Shown: one piece after another, positions 28,326 to 38,773 of the stretch
Layout: each line of letters begins with the position of its first letter
Numbering within the stretch: position 1 is the stretch's first letter
DNA from: a virus
Length of the DNA: 64,000 nt
IMG/VR virus record: IMGVR_UViG_3300018080_000149
Coordinates: 1 to 64,000 of that record
Reading direction: 5' to 3' (one strand)
The notes under the pieces: generated by a model
What the model saw: only the letters and a program-made list of their open reading frames with translations
What the model was told of the DNA's origin: nothing
Database searches by the model: none
Translations under genes and position numbers: made by a program

Positions 28326-28781
28326 CTACCGCCTCTTCGTCTTCTTGGGCTTCTTGGGCTTCAGCTTCGGCTTCGGCTTCGGCTTCGGCTTTTGCTTTTG
28401 TTTCTTGGAAGGTATCTTGACAACAGTTTTGGATTCAGCCTCATCACCATCCACAACCTCGCCAACAGTAACGCCCGGGAGGTCTTCATCGGAAGGCATG
28501 TCTTCTACCGACACAGCCTCCGTGACAACCTCCGTGGTAGGCGCAATAGGCTTCACAGGTACAGACGGTGTGGGAGCTGGCGACTTTTTGTTTTTTGTGA
28601 GAACGCCATAGCTTTTGTACATGTTAGCAATGACAAAAGCCGCAACATCGTCACTTACCGGGTCGCTTACTTCATACCCATCGTCACCTTTGCGAAGTGT
28701 AACGACCTCACTACCAATCAACAAGGTGAATGGCTCGGAATCTCGCCGATGTGAGGGCGCTTTCGCCTTTAGTCTTTTCAC
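28326..28781 (-). CDS. hypothetical protein with KP-repeat tail
   Basis: 151 aa; KPKPKPKPK C-terminus. Confidence 0.6.
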   Translation of the reverse strand: MKRLKAKAPSHRRDSEPFTLLIGSEVVTLRKGDDGYEVSDPVSDDVAAFVIANMYKSYGVLTKNKKSPAPTPSVPVKPIAPTTEVVTEAVSVEDMPSDEDLPGVTVGEVVDGDEAESKTVVKIPSKKQKQKPKPKPKPKLKPKKPKKTKRR

Positions 28782-28791
28782 GGGTGACCCC

Positions 28792-29565
28792 CTAAATGTC
28801 CGTATCGGGCAGGGCGTCAGGAATAGTGGCCGACGGATCTGTCAACGCGCCAGCGGAAATGGCGGCAACGTCCGCTGTGGCCAACGGTGTGTGAACAGCC
28901 AAACGTCGAGGGTACCCCTGAGTAAACCATGCAGTCTGAACAGCGGTAACGCCGTTTGTGAAGTTCTCCGGGATCTGAATCACACCAACGCCGACCTCAC
29001 CAGACGGGACACGAGGGGCCTCGACAGGAGCCGCAGCCGCTACCGCCGAAATCGTCTGTGACAAAACACCAGCGGAAGAGACACCGAGCGTAATAGCTCT
29101 GTACTCTCCAGCACCAGTGTCCGCCCCAGCGCCGCCAGCGTCAATCTGGGTGTCCTGAGTGGCAGCGTACACAGCGGCTAGGTACACACCATTGACCACA
29201 GCGTCGATAGCCGTACCATTCTCAAACTGTGTGTTACCGCCGCCACCAGTATTCTGCTTCCAATCAGGGTCAACCAGAATCTGGTTGAACGCCTTGTCCT
29301 CCAAATCAAGGAGACGATCTGCGATGTCGCCACCAGAGACAAGAAGCGCCCTGATAGCTGAGATAAGGACTTGGTAGTCCCCCGCAGTATTGAGTCGAGT
29401 CCGAAGCTCGTTGACGAGGTCTTGAACTCCACCACCAGAAGCGAGGGAAGCGTGAAGCTCACGCATGAAAGTCGTCCACTGGTAGAAACGTGTACCCAGC
29501 GTGTACTTCGCGAACGGGTACGGCCACTTGTTGAGAGCGGCCACGCTCTTAGGGATTCCGGGCAT
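28792..29565 (-). CDS. probable head decoration/fibre protein
   Basis: Directly after the major capsid gene; start reassigned to ATG 29565 (GGAGG SD). Confidence 0.55.
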   Translation of the reverse strand: MPGIPKSVAALNKWPYPFAKYTLGTRFYQWTTFMRELHASLASGGGVQDLVNELRTRLNTAGDYQVLISAIRALLVSGGDIADRLLDLEDKAFNQILVDPDWKQNTGGGGNTQFENGTAIDAVVNGVYLAAVYAATQDTQIDAGGAGADTGAGEYRAITLGVSSAGVLSQTISAVAAAAPVEAPRVPSGEVGVGVIQIPENFTNGVTAVQTAWFTQGYPRRLAVHTPLATADVAAISAGALTDPSATIPDALPDTDI

Positions 29566-29671
29566 TCTTTCCTCCATCGACGTGTGATTATGGGGCGACC
29601 CAATACAAAGTGATCTGAATTGGATCGCCACCATAACCACAACATCAGGGGCAGAGAACTAGTGGTTACTG

Positions 29672-31135
29672 TCAGACGGTACGACGCCCGATGTTCTTGA
29701 ACATCACCCAACGGTTGGGGATACGCATGATGAGCGCCACAAACATGACGAGAGCGAACCGCTCGGCCAGCGCAAGGGCCGGAAGAGGGATTCGGGTGAA
29801 GGGGAGAAGCTGCGACATGTGAAGAACGTTCTGGTTGAGTTCGCCGAAGAACGCTCGTGACATACCAGGCATGTCCGAACCATCGTCGTCCCAAACAGTG
29901 GTCGCGCCGGGGGTGAGAGCGGAAACCGGGAGGCGCTTTACGCAGCCCCACGGAGAGGCGGTACCGTCGGCGTAGGTATCTCGGCGGTAAATCGAGATGA
30001 AGGCCGGAGCGTTGACGAATCCAGCAGGGTTCGTGATTGTGATCCGAACCTTCTTCTGTCGGTCGGCGTAGGGAACCGCAATGCTAGCCGGGCTCGACAG
30101 AACCGGGACGCCCTCACCGAACTTGTTGCCGAAGGACGCCTGGTACTCAGCCTGGCCCGCGGAGCCAGCGCCAGCCGAGTTGAGGCCGAGGCTGTTGCCC
30201 CAGTCACCATCGCTGGACGCGATGAGGCCGGTGATGGCGACGGACGGATCAGGGGAAGGCGCGTTCAACGCAGCCTGTGTCGGTGGAGTCTCGCGAGTGA
30301 GACCCTTGTACAAGAAGAGGGGGCGAAGCATGTAGTCGCCACCAACCGTCATGAGACGGTCGACCTTCATACCAGCGGCAATTCCGCCACCCGCGACGGG
30401 GGTCGGAATGAACTGCTGCTTGAGGTAGCTCGCCGAATAGTCTTCGAGAACCTCGGTCGGAGCGTAGATGTGGGAGCCGACACCATAGTTTGACACAACA
30501 ACCTGACCGGCGTTGCGAATGTGGCCCTCCTCCAACGGCTGGCCGTGGAGATTGATCACGTTGTCAGCGGGGGCATCGCGCTCTACGTAGGTCTCCAAGC
30601 CGTCGATCTCCTCGAACTCCGCCCCAGCGACGCCAAGCTTGGCGTTCCCTTTGAACAGAGTGCGTTCGAGATTCGACAGAAGCCAGAGAGTACCAGACTG
30701 GGTGACCTCATTACGCTGGTCAACCAAGGTCCGAACCAAAAGGAACGGCATCTTGATCTCACGAACGTCGCCGAGGAACTTGATCAGACCGACTTGACGG
30801 TCATAGTCGCTGTCGTGCGAGAGAGGAAGCTCACCGGACGAGTACCACCCGCCCATCATGTCGCTTCCAAGAGAAGTGCGTCGCGCGTACTCGATGGCTG
30901 TCGATGTAGCCGCAACTTTGGGAACGTCGTTGTAGAACACGATGTGGCGATTCTGTTGTGTGAGAATCGCGAGAGTGTTCTCCAAGAACTCAAGACGCCA
31001 AGCTGCGCCGCCCGCCTGGGAAGCGCCTCCGACGTCGTAACCTGAGTCAATGGCTTTACGGAGCATCTCGAACTCGTCGCCACTCATGGCTCCGAACCCA
31101 CGATGTCCCGCTGCCAGGGAATCGCCGAAATTCAT
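29672..31135 (-). CDS. major capsid protein
   Basis: 487 aa; GGAAWRLEFLE, ERTLFKGN, EEIDGL, INLHGQPL; follows protease and scaffold. Confidence 0.92.
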   Translation of the reverse strand: MNFGDSLAAGHRGFGAMSGDEFEMLRKAIDSGYDVGGASQAGGAAWRLEFLENTLAILTQQNRHIVFYNDVPKVAATSTAIEYARRTSLGSDMMGGWYSSGELPLSHDSDYDRQVGLIKFLGDVREIKMPFLLVRTLVDQRNEVTQSGTLWLLSNLERTLFKGNAKLGVAGAEFEEIDGLETYVERDAPADNVINLHGQPLEEGHIRNAGQVVVSNYGVGSHIYAPTEVLEDYSASYLKQQFIPTPVAGGGIAAGMKVDRLMTVGGDYMLRPLFLYKGLTRETPPTQAALNAPSPDPSVAITGLIASSDGDWGNSLGLNSAGAGSAGQAEYQASFGNKFGEGVPVLSSPASIAVPYADRQKKVRITITNPAGFVNAPAFISIYRRDTYADGTASPWGCVKRLPVSALTPGATTVWDDDGSDMPGMSRAFFGELNQNVLHMSQLLPFTRIPLPALALAERFALVMFVALIMRIPNRWVMFKNIGRRTV

Positions 31136-31202
31136 TGAGTTGTCCTCCCGAAACTGATGATCGGATTTCGATCAGGGTTTACTCCGATTGTGTTGTTGCT
31201 TG

Positions 31203-31496
31203 TCAGCCCGCCGCGACCCTGGAACGCGCGGCCATGGAACGCCGACCAGTCGCCGTCTGTGCTGAAGCCTCGCGAGAGGCCGCCAGAACGGCCTCTCGCG
31301 AACGTGCCTCACGGTCCCGGGCGGTGGCGGCGCGGTTCCGAGTGATCACGACCTTCGCGAGCTGGTTCTGGAAGCGATTGATGTCGGCCTGGTTGCCCTC
31401 ACGGCGGGCCTGAGCCAGAGCATCTCGAATACCGGGCTCTCGGGCGTTCGCCTCGGCGACGGTCCACCCAGCGTGAACGAATGCAGTACGATTCAT
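31203..31496 (-). CDS. small Arg/Ala-rich protein
   Basis: 97 aa with GGAGG SD. Confidence 0.6.
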   Translation of the reverse strand: MNRTAFVHAGWTVAEANAREPGIRDALAQARREGNQADINRFQNQLAKVVITRNRAATARDREARSREAVLAASREASAQTATGRRSMAARSRVAAG

Positions 31497-31567
31497 TGTT
31501 TCCTCCCCTAGTGGGAATTTTCGTGAAAGCGGCCCGGCTTTTACGATGTTTGGATACCGCCCTATCT

Positions 31568-32209
31568 CTAGAGCTTCTGCGACTCGATGAGCCCCTTGAC
31601 GATTCGCTGACCGCCAGGCGACAGCGAAGGGATGAAGTCCTCGACCTCGACAACACGCATCGAAGAACCGCCACCCAGAGAGGACTCGGCCTTCATGACA
31701 TCGTCAGGGGTGCAAGCCTCATCCTTGGAACCTTCAACCAGAACACGGACCACGTCGGCCTTCGACAGTGTAGCCCCCTCCAGGGGATTCACCTGCGGAG
31801 CGTCGACAGGATTGTCCGTCTGAGCGTCGAGGACTTCCTGGGCCTCACCCTTCGAGAGCGCAGCCTTACGAGGTCGAGGAACCGCACCAAGCGACACAAT
31901 GGCCTCGCTGAGATTCTCAAGCTTCTCATTGAAGCCCTTGAGAACGTCTCCGAGCGCAGCCGTAGCCGCCATGTTGTTACCGACAGCTTGAGCGAGAAGC
32001 TCGACGTTGGCGTCCTGGTTTCTGGCCAAGGACAGCATGAAGTCGTCAGCCTGAATCAACTCAGCGACGTCGTCTTCCGCCTTGATCATGTCAATCTCGA
32101 CGTCACTTTTCTGCACGTCCTCTTCCTCTGTCTCGACGACCTCTTCCTCGGGCTCCTCACCCTTGAGAAGATCCATAGCGCTGTCGATGTCGTTAGCGAA
32201 GTTGCTCAT
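31568..32209 (-). CDS. scaffold-like protein
   Basis: Acidic, coiled-coil; between protease and capsid; many K-[A/S/G] sites. Confidence 0.7.
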   Translation of the reverse strand: MSNFANDIDSAMDLLKGEEPEEEVVETEEEDVQKSDVEIDMIKAEDDVAELIQADDFMLSLARNQDANVELLAQAVGNNMAATAALGDVLKGFNEKLENLSEAIVSLGAVPRPRKAALSKGEAQEVLDAQTDNPVDAPQVNPLEGATLSKADVVRVLVEGSKDEACTPDDVMKAESSLGGGSSMRVVEVEDFIPSLSPGGQRIVKGLIESQKL

Positions 32210-32238
32210 TGATTTCTCCCATGGTGGTGAAGTCTGGG

Positions 32239-33135
32239 CTACTCGCCCAGTCCGAACACCTTGAAGCAGTCTGTCAGCGAAGCTTCGCTGACAAGGAATG
32301 TGTAGAGGGCGGACTCAGCTTTTGTGAGCCTCCCCCCACGCGTACCGGAGATATTGACAAGTGCTGTTCCGATCTTGTGAAGCTCCCCGCTCTTGTCGAG
32401 CTTACCAAGGAGCTTAGCGTTTTGTTCCGAGAACGCGACGAGGTCTGCGTAGTCGCCTTCAACCTCTTCCTTCCTCACAGCGGCTCCTCCCTTTTGGTCG
32501 GTACCACCGATCTCGAAGCCTGAGCCGAGTGCCTTAGTGATGGCTGACGTAACGAGCCCTTCGACTCGCTCGATGATCTGATCCCGATCACTGTCATCAA
32601 GAATTGGGGCAAACCTGTCAGACGCCCCGTCCTCTTCGTGGACAATAGCCTTGACCAGCGCTTCTGCCGTTGTATCCGTGTTCTTCGGAGTCGGCGTCAG
32701 AGCGATGTTCATCACCTTGGCCTTTTTGATTGCGCCTTTAGGCCCCACCGCGAGTTTCTTTCCCTCGAGTGACAGCCCAAGAGAGCGGCCAGTACCCTTG
32801 AGAGATCTGCTGAGTTCCCAAACTTCTTTGGCGAAGCTGTGATCCTTCAGCAGTTCAAACTCAGTGTAAAGCCCCTTCCCGAGGGATTCGCCCCTGTCGC
32901 GAAGCTCTGCCACCTTTGGGATTCCGATGATCTTGTGACTCTGGTGGTTCCAGTTGATCCAGCCGCTCTTGAGCAGCGGGTCGACGTCCAAGCCTTCCTG
33001 GATAACTCGCTCGCCATCGGCGTCAAGGTTAGGCGTAGAGGCCCAACCAAACATCCTCATCTCGTTGCCTTCACCGGCTTTGAGGAAACCAACGTCGTCA
33101 AGCGTACACACCATGTCAAAGCGTTCTGAAGACAT
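32239..33135 (-). CDS. prohead protease
   Basis: GWASTPNLDADGERV, INWNH, GLSLEG, IALTPTPKN motifs. Confidence 0.9.
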   Translation of the reverse strand: MSSERFDMVCTLDDVGFLKAGEGNEMRMFGWASTPNLDADGERVIQEGLDVDPLLKSGWINWNHQSHKIIGIPKVAELRDRGESLGKGLYTEFELLKDHSFAKEVWELSRSLKGTGRSLGLSLEGKKLAVGPKGAIKKAKVMNIALTPTPKNTDTTAEALVKAIVHEEDGASDRFAPILDDSDRDQIIERVEGLVTSAITKALGSGFEIGGTDQKGGAAVRKEEVEGDYADLVAFSEQNAKLLGKLDKSGELHKIGTALVNISGTRGGRLTKAESALYTFLVSEASLTDCFKVFGLGE

Positions 33136-36100
33136 GTATAATACCTCGTGGAGGCGCATCAACCGCGCCCAAGATGTGCGTTTGTGTAGAGAAAGCGAAC
33201 TTAGGTCGCCCGGCGGAGGTTACTACGTCGGGGTGTTTGTAGCTTGGTGACTCGGCAACTTTTTTCTGTTGACGAGTCTCGTCAGATGGTAGTGAGCCGC
33301 GATAGGCGCTTAGCGCTTCCCTGTATGCGTCTTGATAGCTGTCAAGGACCGCCTGTCTAGAACGTGGGATAGGCTTACCATCCGACTTCATCTTGTGCTG
33401 AGACTTTAGCTCCCTCACAAGGCGACTCCTGGCGTCAATGTAAGCCTGACGTACCTCTGATACATGTTCTGCTGTAGGCGGTATAGGTGTGTGAACAGCC
33501 TCACCGCCTTTCGGGGTATCGTACTTAGGCTTAGTCGGTATGCCCATACGCTTATAGGCTGACCACTCACGCGCTATAGCTTTCGCTGTCACTGGGTCAA
33601 TCGGCTTGACCTCGTTAGCACTTGGTTTATCCACGCTAACGGCGACGGCTCCTGTTCGAGCCTTCTTGGTCTTCGCCGGAGGACGAGCGCGACCTATACT
33701 AGTCGGCGGTTTGTCGTAACCAGCAACACGAGCTTGGTGAGACATTGATTGCGGAGGGGCCTCTGGAGGAATCTCCGACGGCGGTTTGAGAGTAACGGAC
33801 TCAGCCACATCACCATGGTAGTACCCATGATGTTCTTGCGGTATATGAATCGCCTCTGGCTTACCCTGAAGGGACGGTGGAACTGGCGGTTGTTTGGGCG
33901 CTGTGACCTTTACAACCTGCTCCTTGGGTGTTTTGTAAACAACAGTCTGCGACCCGTCTTTGTGGTCGACAACCTGAGGCTGACTCACCCTCGGCCTTCC
34001 AGTTTTCGGCAGAACTCTCGAAACCTCCTCGTAGTGTTCCTCGTATGTCTTACCTGAGTTTGAAGCAGTCTGACCACGGTACCTAGCCCCCCTCGCCGTA
34101 ACCCTGCCCTTTTTCTTCCGGGTGACAGTGTATATGTCATCCCGAAGAACGGGCTCTTTCGTCTTACTGTCGCGGATTACTTTGCCGTTTTCATCCCTGG
34201 CGTAAGCCTGAGAGACTGACGTCAAAGCGTGGAGGACATTACGAACTTCCGACCGTCTACTTGCTACACGGTCGGAGTTACGCGCCATGTTGTCGTGTAT
34301 AGCGCGTATGACGGAAAGGACTTGGTCAGTAGATATGAAACGAAGGAACGGATGGTGCATCTCAGCGCTGGCTATTATCTCAGGGTGGCCGGAAGGGTCT
34401 AGAGCTGATGACGGGTCTTTGGCCCCCATCGCCTGCTTGAAAGCCTGGTCAGCTTCATACATTATGATAGAGTGACTGTCAAACACAGCGTCAGTAGAGA
34501 TGTTGATATCGGCCAAAAACCGTGCGTACTCTTCGCCAAACCTAGACCCGTGAATGAGCCCATCCAATAGCGCCGAGTGAACCTTGACTGCGTCATACGA
34601 CCTAGCTTCTAGAACAGCGAGCTTGCCCTGTAGGGACTTCAGCTTCCGCTTGTTCTTAGTCTTGGAGATCTCGTCTTTGAGCGCGGCGATCTTATTCAGA
34701 TCAGCTTTGTCTTGCCCATACGAGCGGTTCATCCACTTCTCTAGCTCGTCAGCGCGGGGGTCCTTGCCAGCCTTTAGCTTCTCACTCCACCTGTCAAGAG
34801 AGCGTCGCAATTTCTTATTGAAGATAGGGAGATCGACCTCACGAGACCTCGCAACCGTACCACGAGGTTCTCTTTGGTGTTCTGTAATACCATGGCGGAA
34901 CTCCCTGAGACGCTGATTGAAAGCCTTTCGTGTGCGATCTTTCCAGTCAAGAAAGGCAATGACCTCCTTGTACCTGACCTTGGCTTCCGCCAGTGCCTTC
35001 TTGGCGTTTTTCTTCTTCTCGCCCTTTGTAACCTTGACGCGCTCCTTCAGCTTTTTGACGCGCTCTGCCCGAGACTTAGCCTCAGTCCGAGTGAAGTCCT
35101 GTTTGCGGGTGACATACCGAATCTCACCCGAGGGTTCGATTTCTTCGTCTACCACATACTTACTCTGACCAAGTGGCGGGCCGCTAATGAACAGCTCAGG
35201 AGCATCCTCTTTGAGGTCTTTGACAAGCTGGAGTGTCGGTTTGTCCTTATCGAAGTAACCTCGTGTCCTCACCAGGTCCTTCATGCGCCTGACGTCTTCT
35301 AGCGCCGCCTCAACCATGTCGTCTGTCAAGACGGAGTACATGGGTATCGTCTTTCCTCGTTTGCCGTCCTCGTCAACCAAGGTCGCGTCGTGAACCAAGG
35401 GCTGGCGCTCACCCGGTTGTTGTTTAGGCAACCCGGGGGGGAAGATGAACTCGGTCTTAGTACGCTCCAGAACCTTAGTACCGTCCTTAGCCACTCTGGT
35501 ACGTAGTCCATGTTTGCTTGGGGAGATCCTCTCCTCGTACTCGGCGCTGGTTCCAGGGTGGCGCGTTACAGTGACCTCAGCCGGAAGTTCGCCTGTCTCA
35601 AAAAAGACACGCGCCGCCTTGCGTAGGTCTGGATTGTCTAAGACCTCAGGTTTGAACACACTAGTTGTTCTACCGTACTTAGGCTCCGCTAGCTCTCGCC
35701 GCAAAGCTATGTGAAGCGCGGCGTCATAGTCAGCGCTCTTACCGATCCGCGACACGATGTCTTTGCTAAGGTATCGCGCCAGTAGCTTCCTGTTGGGGTT
35801 CCCCTCGGCGTCAACAGGGACACCAGGGAAGTTCAACATGCCCTCTGTGGCCATACTGGCTGGAGCCGCGTCTGGGTAGAACACCTCTGGGTTTGAGGAG
35901 CTGTAAGCTTCAGCGGCGGCTTTGCGTTCTTTCTTCAGCTTACGCTTCTTATTCTCCGCTGTGATCCGATGACGATCAATAGCCGACTCTTTCGCGCCTT
36001 CCTCTCGCATTCGGAGGATAGCGTTACCGACGGACATCTCGAACGGTGTGGTAGTAGAGCCCAGCTTCAGCTTACTACCAGACCAAGCTTCGATAGCTGC

Positions 36101-38770
36101 CTTAGCTCCAGGGTTGTCCTTGAGGTACTTGGATGTGATCTTTATCGGATCAACCAAGCCCTTCAGCCTTGACAGCTCTCTGCGACGCTCCTCGACCCTG
36201 TCATGTTCGTCATGGTAGTCTTGGTATGGGTCTATCGGGAGCCCCCGGAAGTACAACATATCAAGTATGCGAGCGTCCTCAGCGGTCAACACATACTGTT
36301 CACCGGGCCTCTGTCTTGACAGAGCCTCGAACAGCTCGCGACGAATATGTGCCGCTACTTCTAGCTTTTCTAGCTGGAGCGGTGACACAACAGAGCCGCC
36401 AGCGAACGTTGAATAAGCCCTATTGTTTGGCACAAGCTGGTCGAGGACAATAAGCTTACCGCTTTTATCCTCTTCGTACTTGACAGAGTCGGGCTCAACA
36501 CGAGGAACCTCTGAGCCGTTCTTGCGGCGATAGACACCATGGCGATCACGATAGAAGTCCAAGCGTGATAACTCGGACTTGTCTATACGTACGGCATCAC
36601 CTTCAGCGTCTCTAAGGGGCTCTCGCTTGAACGTACCGTCCCTATTACGAACCCACTCTTCGCGCAGGATAAGAGGCCCCTTAGGGTCATCCTTGATCTC
36701 ACCTGTCCAGTGGTCTCGAAAGCCGCGCCTGATGTTCTTCTTTGCATCTCTTTCGTAGGTACGAACGCGAACAGCGGACGCCCCAACTTGACCCATGGTC
36801 TTTGGACCGCCACGATATTGCAGGTTGTACCACTGTCTAGCGTCCGAGTACAACTTACCAACAGGCATTCGCCTTGTCTGATCGGCGGAGTCTTCCTCGT
36901 CGCCTGATTGTGACTCGTCGAATAGCTCTAGCTCCAAGCCTTTTGTAAGTTGCTCCTTGATCCACGCCATGACAGCGTTCGGGTCTTTCTCCCGGATGGA
37001 GGCGGGGACATACTCTAGGAATTGCCCCTCCATCGTCTTCGCTGTTTCCATCATGTCAGCGAGAGATGGCTCCTCGAATACTCCGCGTGCCGCTAGCCGT
37101 CGCTGTGTATCGGCCATCAACAAAGCTAGCTTCTTGAAGACCCCATACGAACCTGACGTGTACTGTCGAATTGTTAGACTTGCAAGCTTATCGTCACCCT
37201 CGTTCTCACCCTTGATATTGAGAGCCTCTAACTCTGCAAAGTCGGAAGCCCTATTAGTTACGTGGTTCATTAGGGCGAGTACAGGGTCGACACTGTAGTC
37301 TTTGTAGCGTTTCCTGCCAAGGTCTGGTCCGTAGGACACTAGCGCGTCCATCATACCAGTCATGGCCGCTCCCATGACACGCTCGAAGTCATGCTGCGTA
37401 ACACCTTGTATCTTGAGCGTCGTTCTAACGATGGGAACGATTGTATCCATAAAGCCACCAAGCCAAACCTTCTTTGCAAGGGTTGACCTGATGTCACCTT
37501 CTGGTAGAGATACAGCCGAGGGTATCGCGTTACCGTCACTGTCAAAGACAGCCATGCGAGCGCCCATCAACTCGGAGACAAGGGTGTCATACTCGACGGC
37601 TGTCAAGTAGCGCTTACCGCCAGGCCCCATCTTACCCATGAGGCTTTTGTCTGCCTTGTTGACTACACGCTTCCGCTGGCCCTTCGGCTGAATAGTAGTC
37701 CTGTGTACAGGAACTAGAAGCTCACCTGCTGCGACCTTACGCGACAAGGAGAACGCCTCACCACGGGCGGTCTCGGGTAGCGTCGGCTCCGACTTAGGCT
37801 CATCTGAAAACGGATGCTCTGTGACGTCCACAAGAGCGCCGTATGTTGACGGGTACATATCCGCCAACGTGTTCTTCATGTGCCAAGTTATGATACGCCT
37901 GATAGCGCGTCGTGTCGCTTCCCAGCGAGCCGTGTGATCGTCCTTCGATTCGTTGGGTCCAGGATTGGAAGACTGCTGGTCCTTCAAAAAGCCGAACATC
38001 TTGTTCCGCTCGGAAGCGAACTTAGCGTCTTCCTCAATGCGCCTGTTTATGATCTTTCTCAGATCATCGTCAGAAACATCTTCGCTGGGTAGTGACTGTA
38101 CGAGTTTCTCAACACGCCGGTTCAGCTTTGCGATAACAGCGGGGCTTACCGTAAGCCCGAGGCCATCAACGTCTTCAGAGCTGATCTTCGGTTTTAGCCT
38201 GCGCTTTTTCTTACCGCCGCCAATATCTTCCAGGACCTCTTCATAATGCTCCTCGATGGAGCGAATAGCGTCCTTCAGGTCAGACGCTTGTCCTTTCAGC
38301 TTGTCGAGGTTCTTAGTCGGCTTACCTACTTGCTTGGCTACTACGTTCTCCTCGGCGATCTCCTTCTGTACAGCTTGGAGGTCTTTTCTGACACGCGCCA
38401 AATCATGAGGCGCGTGACCGAGGTTAGCTAGCAAAGTCTCAGCGTGTATTCTAGCGTCGAGTCGTCGCTGTTCATTCGGGTTTAGGAACTTGTCTAAGTC
38501 CCCCTCACGGATGTAAACGATTGCGGGATATGACCGCTCATTCTCACCGCGCCCTACGATATGTAGCTTGTCTTTATCGTGGTCAGGACCGACGTACTCT
38601 AGCTCGTGCGGGTCAACCTCACCGGGTTTCTTGTACACCAGCTTGGTATGAGCCCGTACCTTTCCACTGCCAGACACGAACACGCGAACAGGAATCAATC
38701 CTGGGCGTGGTGGTCCTTTTCTGGCCTTCATAAGAGTGGGCTCACTCATCCGAAAGCAGTATACCTTCAC
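33116..38770 (-). CDS. giant 1884-aa basic protein, probable internal head protein with sigma70-like segments
   Basis: Long uninterrupted ORF in the head module; N-terminal LMKA site; sigma region 2/3/4-like segments (see findings). Confidence 0.6.
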   Translation of the reverse strand: MKVYCFRMSEPTLMKARKGPPRPGLIPVRVFVSGSGKVRAHTKLVYKKPGEVDPHELEYVGPDHDKDKLHIVGRGENERSYPAIVYIREGDLDKFLNPNEQRRLDARIHAETLLANLGHAPHDLARVRKDLQAVQKEIAEENVVAKQVGKPTKNLDKLKGQASDLKDAIRSIEEHYEEVLEDIGGGKKKRRLKPKISSEDVDGLGLTVSPAVIAKLNRRVEKLVQSLPSEDVSDDDLRKIINRRIEEDAKFASERNKMFGFLKDQQSSNPGPNESKDDHTARWEATRRAIRRIITWHMKNTLADMYPSTYGALVDVTEHPFSDEPKSEPTLPETARGEAFSLSRKVAAGELLVPVHRTTIQPKGQRKRVVNKADKSLMGKMGPGGKRYLTAVEYDTLVSELMGARMAVFDSDGNAIPSAVSLPEGDIRSTLAKKVWLGGFMDTIVPIVRTTLKIQGVTQHDFERVMGAAMTGMMDALVSYGPDLGRKRYKDYSVDPVLALMNHVTNRASDFAELEALNIKGENEGDDKLASLTIRQYTSGSYGVFKKLALLMADTQRRLAARGVFEEPSLADMMETAKTMEGQFLEYVPASIREKDPNAVMAWIKEQLTKGLELELFDESQSGDEEDSADQTRRMPVGKLYSDARQWYNLQYRGGPKTMGQVGASAVRVRTYERDAKKNIRRGFRDHWTGEIKDDPKGPLILREEWVRNRDGTFKREPLRDAEGDAVRIDKSELSRLDFYRDRHGVYRRKNGSEVPRVEPDSVKYEEDKSGKLIVLDQLVPNNRAYSTFAGGSVVSPLQLEKLEVAAHIRRELFEALSRQRPGEQYVLTAEDARILDMLYFRGLPIDPYQDYHDEHDRVEERRRELSRLKGLVDPIKITSKYLKDNPGAKAAIEAWSGSKLKLGSTTTPFEMSVGNAILRMREEGAKESAIDRHRITAENKKRKLKKERKAAAEAYSSSNPEVFYPDAAPASMATEGMLNFPGVPVDAEGNPNRKLLARYLSKDIVSRIGKSADYDAALHIALRRELAEPKYGRTTSVFKPEVLDNPDLRKAARVFFETGELPAEVTVTRHPGTSAEYEERISPSKHGLRTRVAKDGTKVLERTKTEFIFPPGLPKQQPGERQPLVHDATLVDEDGKRGKTIPMYSVLTDDMVEAALEDVRRMKDLVRTRGYFDKDKPTLQLVKDLKEDAPELFISGPPLGQSKYVVDEEIEPSGEIRYVTRKQDFTRTEAKSRAERVKKLKERVKVTKGEKKKNAKKALAEAKVRYKEVIAFLDWKDRTRKAFNQRLREFRHGITEHQREPRGTVARSREVDLPIFNKKLRRSLDRWSEKLKAGKDPRADELEKWMNRSYGQDKADLNKIAALKDEISKTKNKRKLKSLQGKLAVLEARSYDAVKVHSALLDGLIHGSRFGEEYARFLADINISTDAVFDSHSIIMYEADQAFKQAMGAKDPSSALDPSGHPEIIASAEMHHPFLRFISTDQVLSVIRAIHDNMARNSDRVASRRSEVRNVLHALTSVSQAYARDENGKVIRDSKTKEPVLRDDIYTVTRKKKGRVTARGARYRGQTASNSGKTYEEHYEEVSRVLPKTGRPRVSQPQVVDHKDGSQTVVYKTPKEQVVKVTAPKQPPVPPSLQGKPEAIHIPQEHHGYYHGDVAESVTLKPPSEIPPEAPPQSMSHQARVAGYDKPPTSIGRARPPAKTKKARTGAVAVSVDKPSANEVKPIDPVTAKAIAREWSAYKRMGIPTKPKYDTPKGGEAVHTPIPPTAEHVSEVRQAYIDARSRLVRELKSQHKMKSDGKPIPRSRQAVLDSYQDAYREALSAYRGSLPSDETRQQKKVAESPSYKHPDVVTSAGRPKFAFSTQTHILGAVDAPPRGIIHVFRTL

Positions 38771-38773
38771 ACC

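Noticed and set aside
33116-38770. Virion RNA polymerase or intein-containing protein
   Set aside because: No DxDGD or single-subunit RNAP motifs and no intein or LAGLIDADG signatures seen
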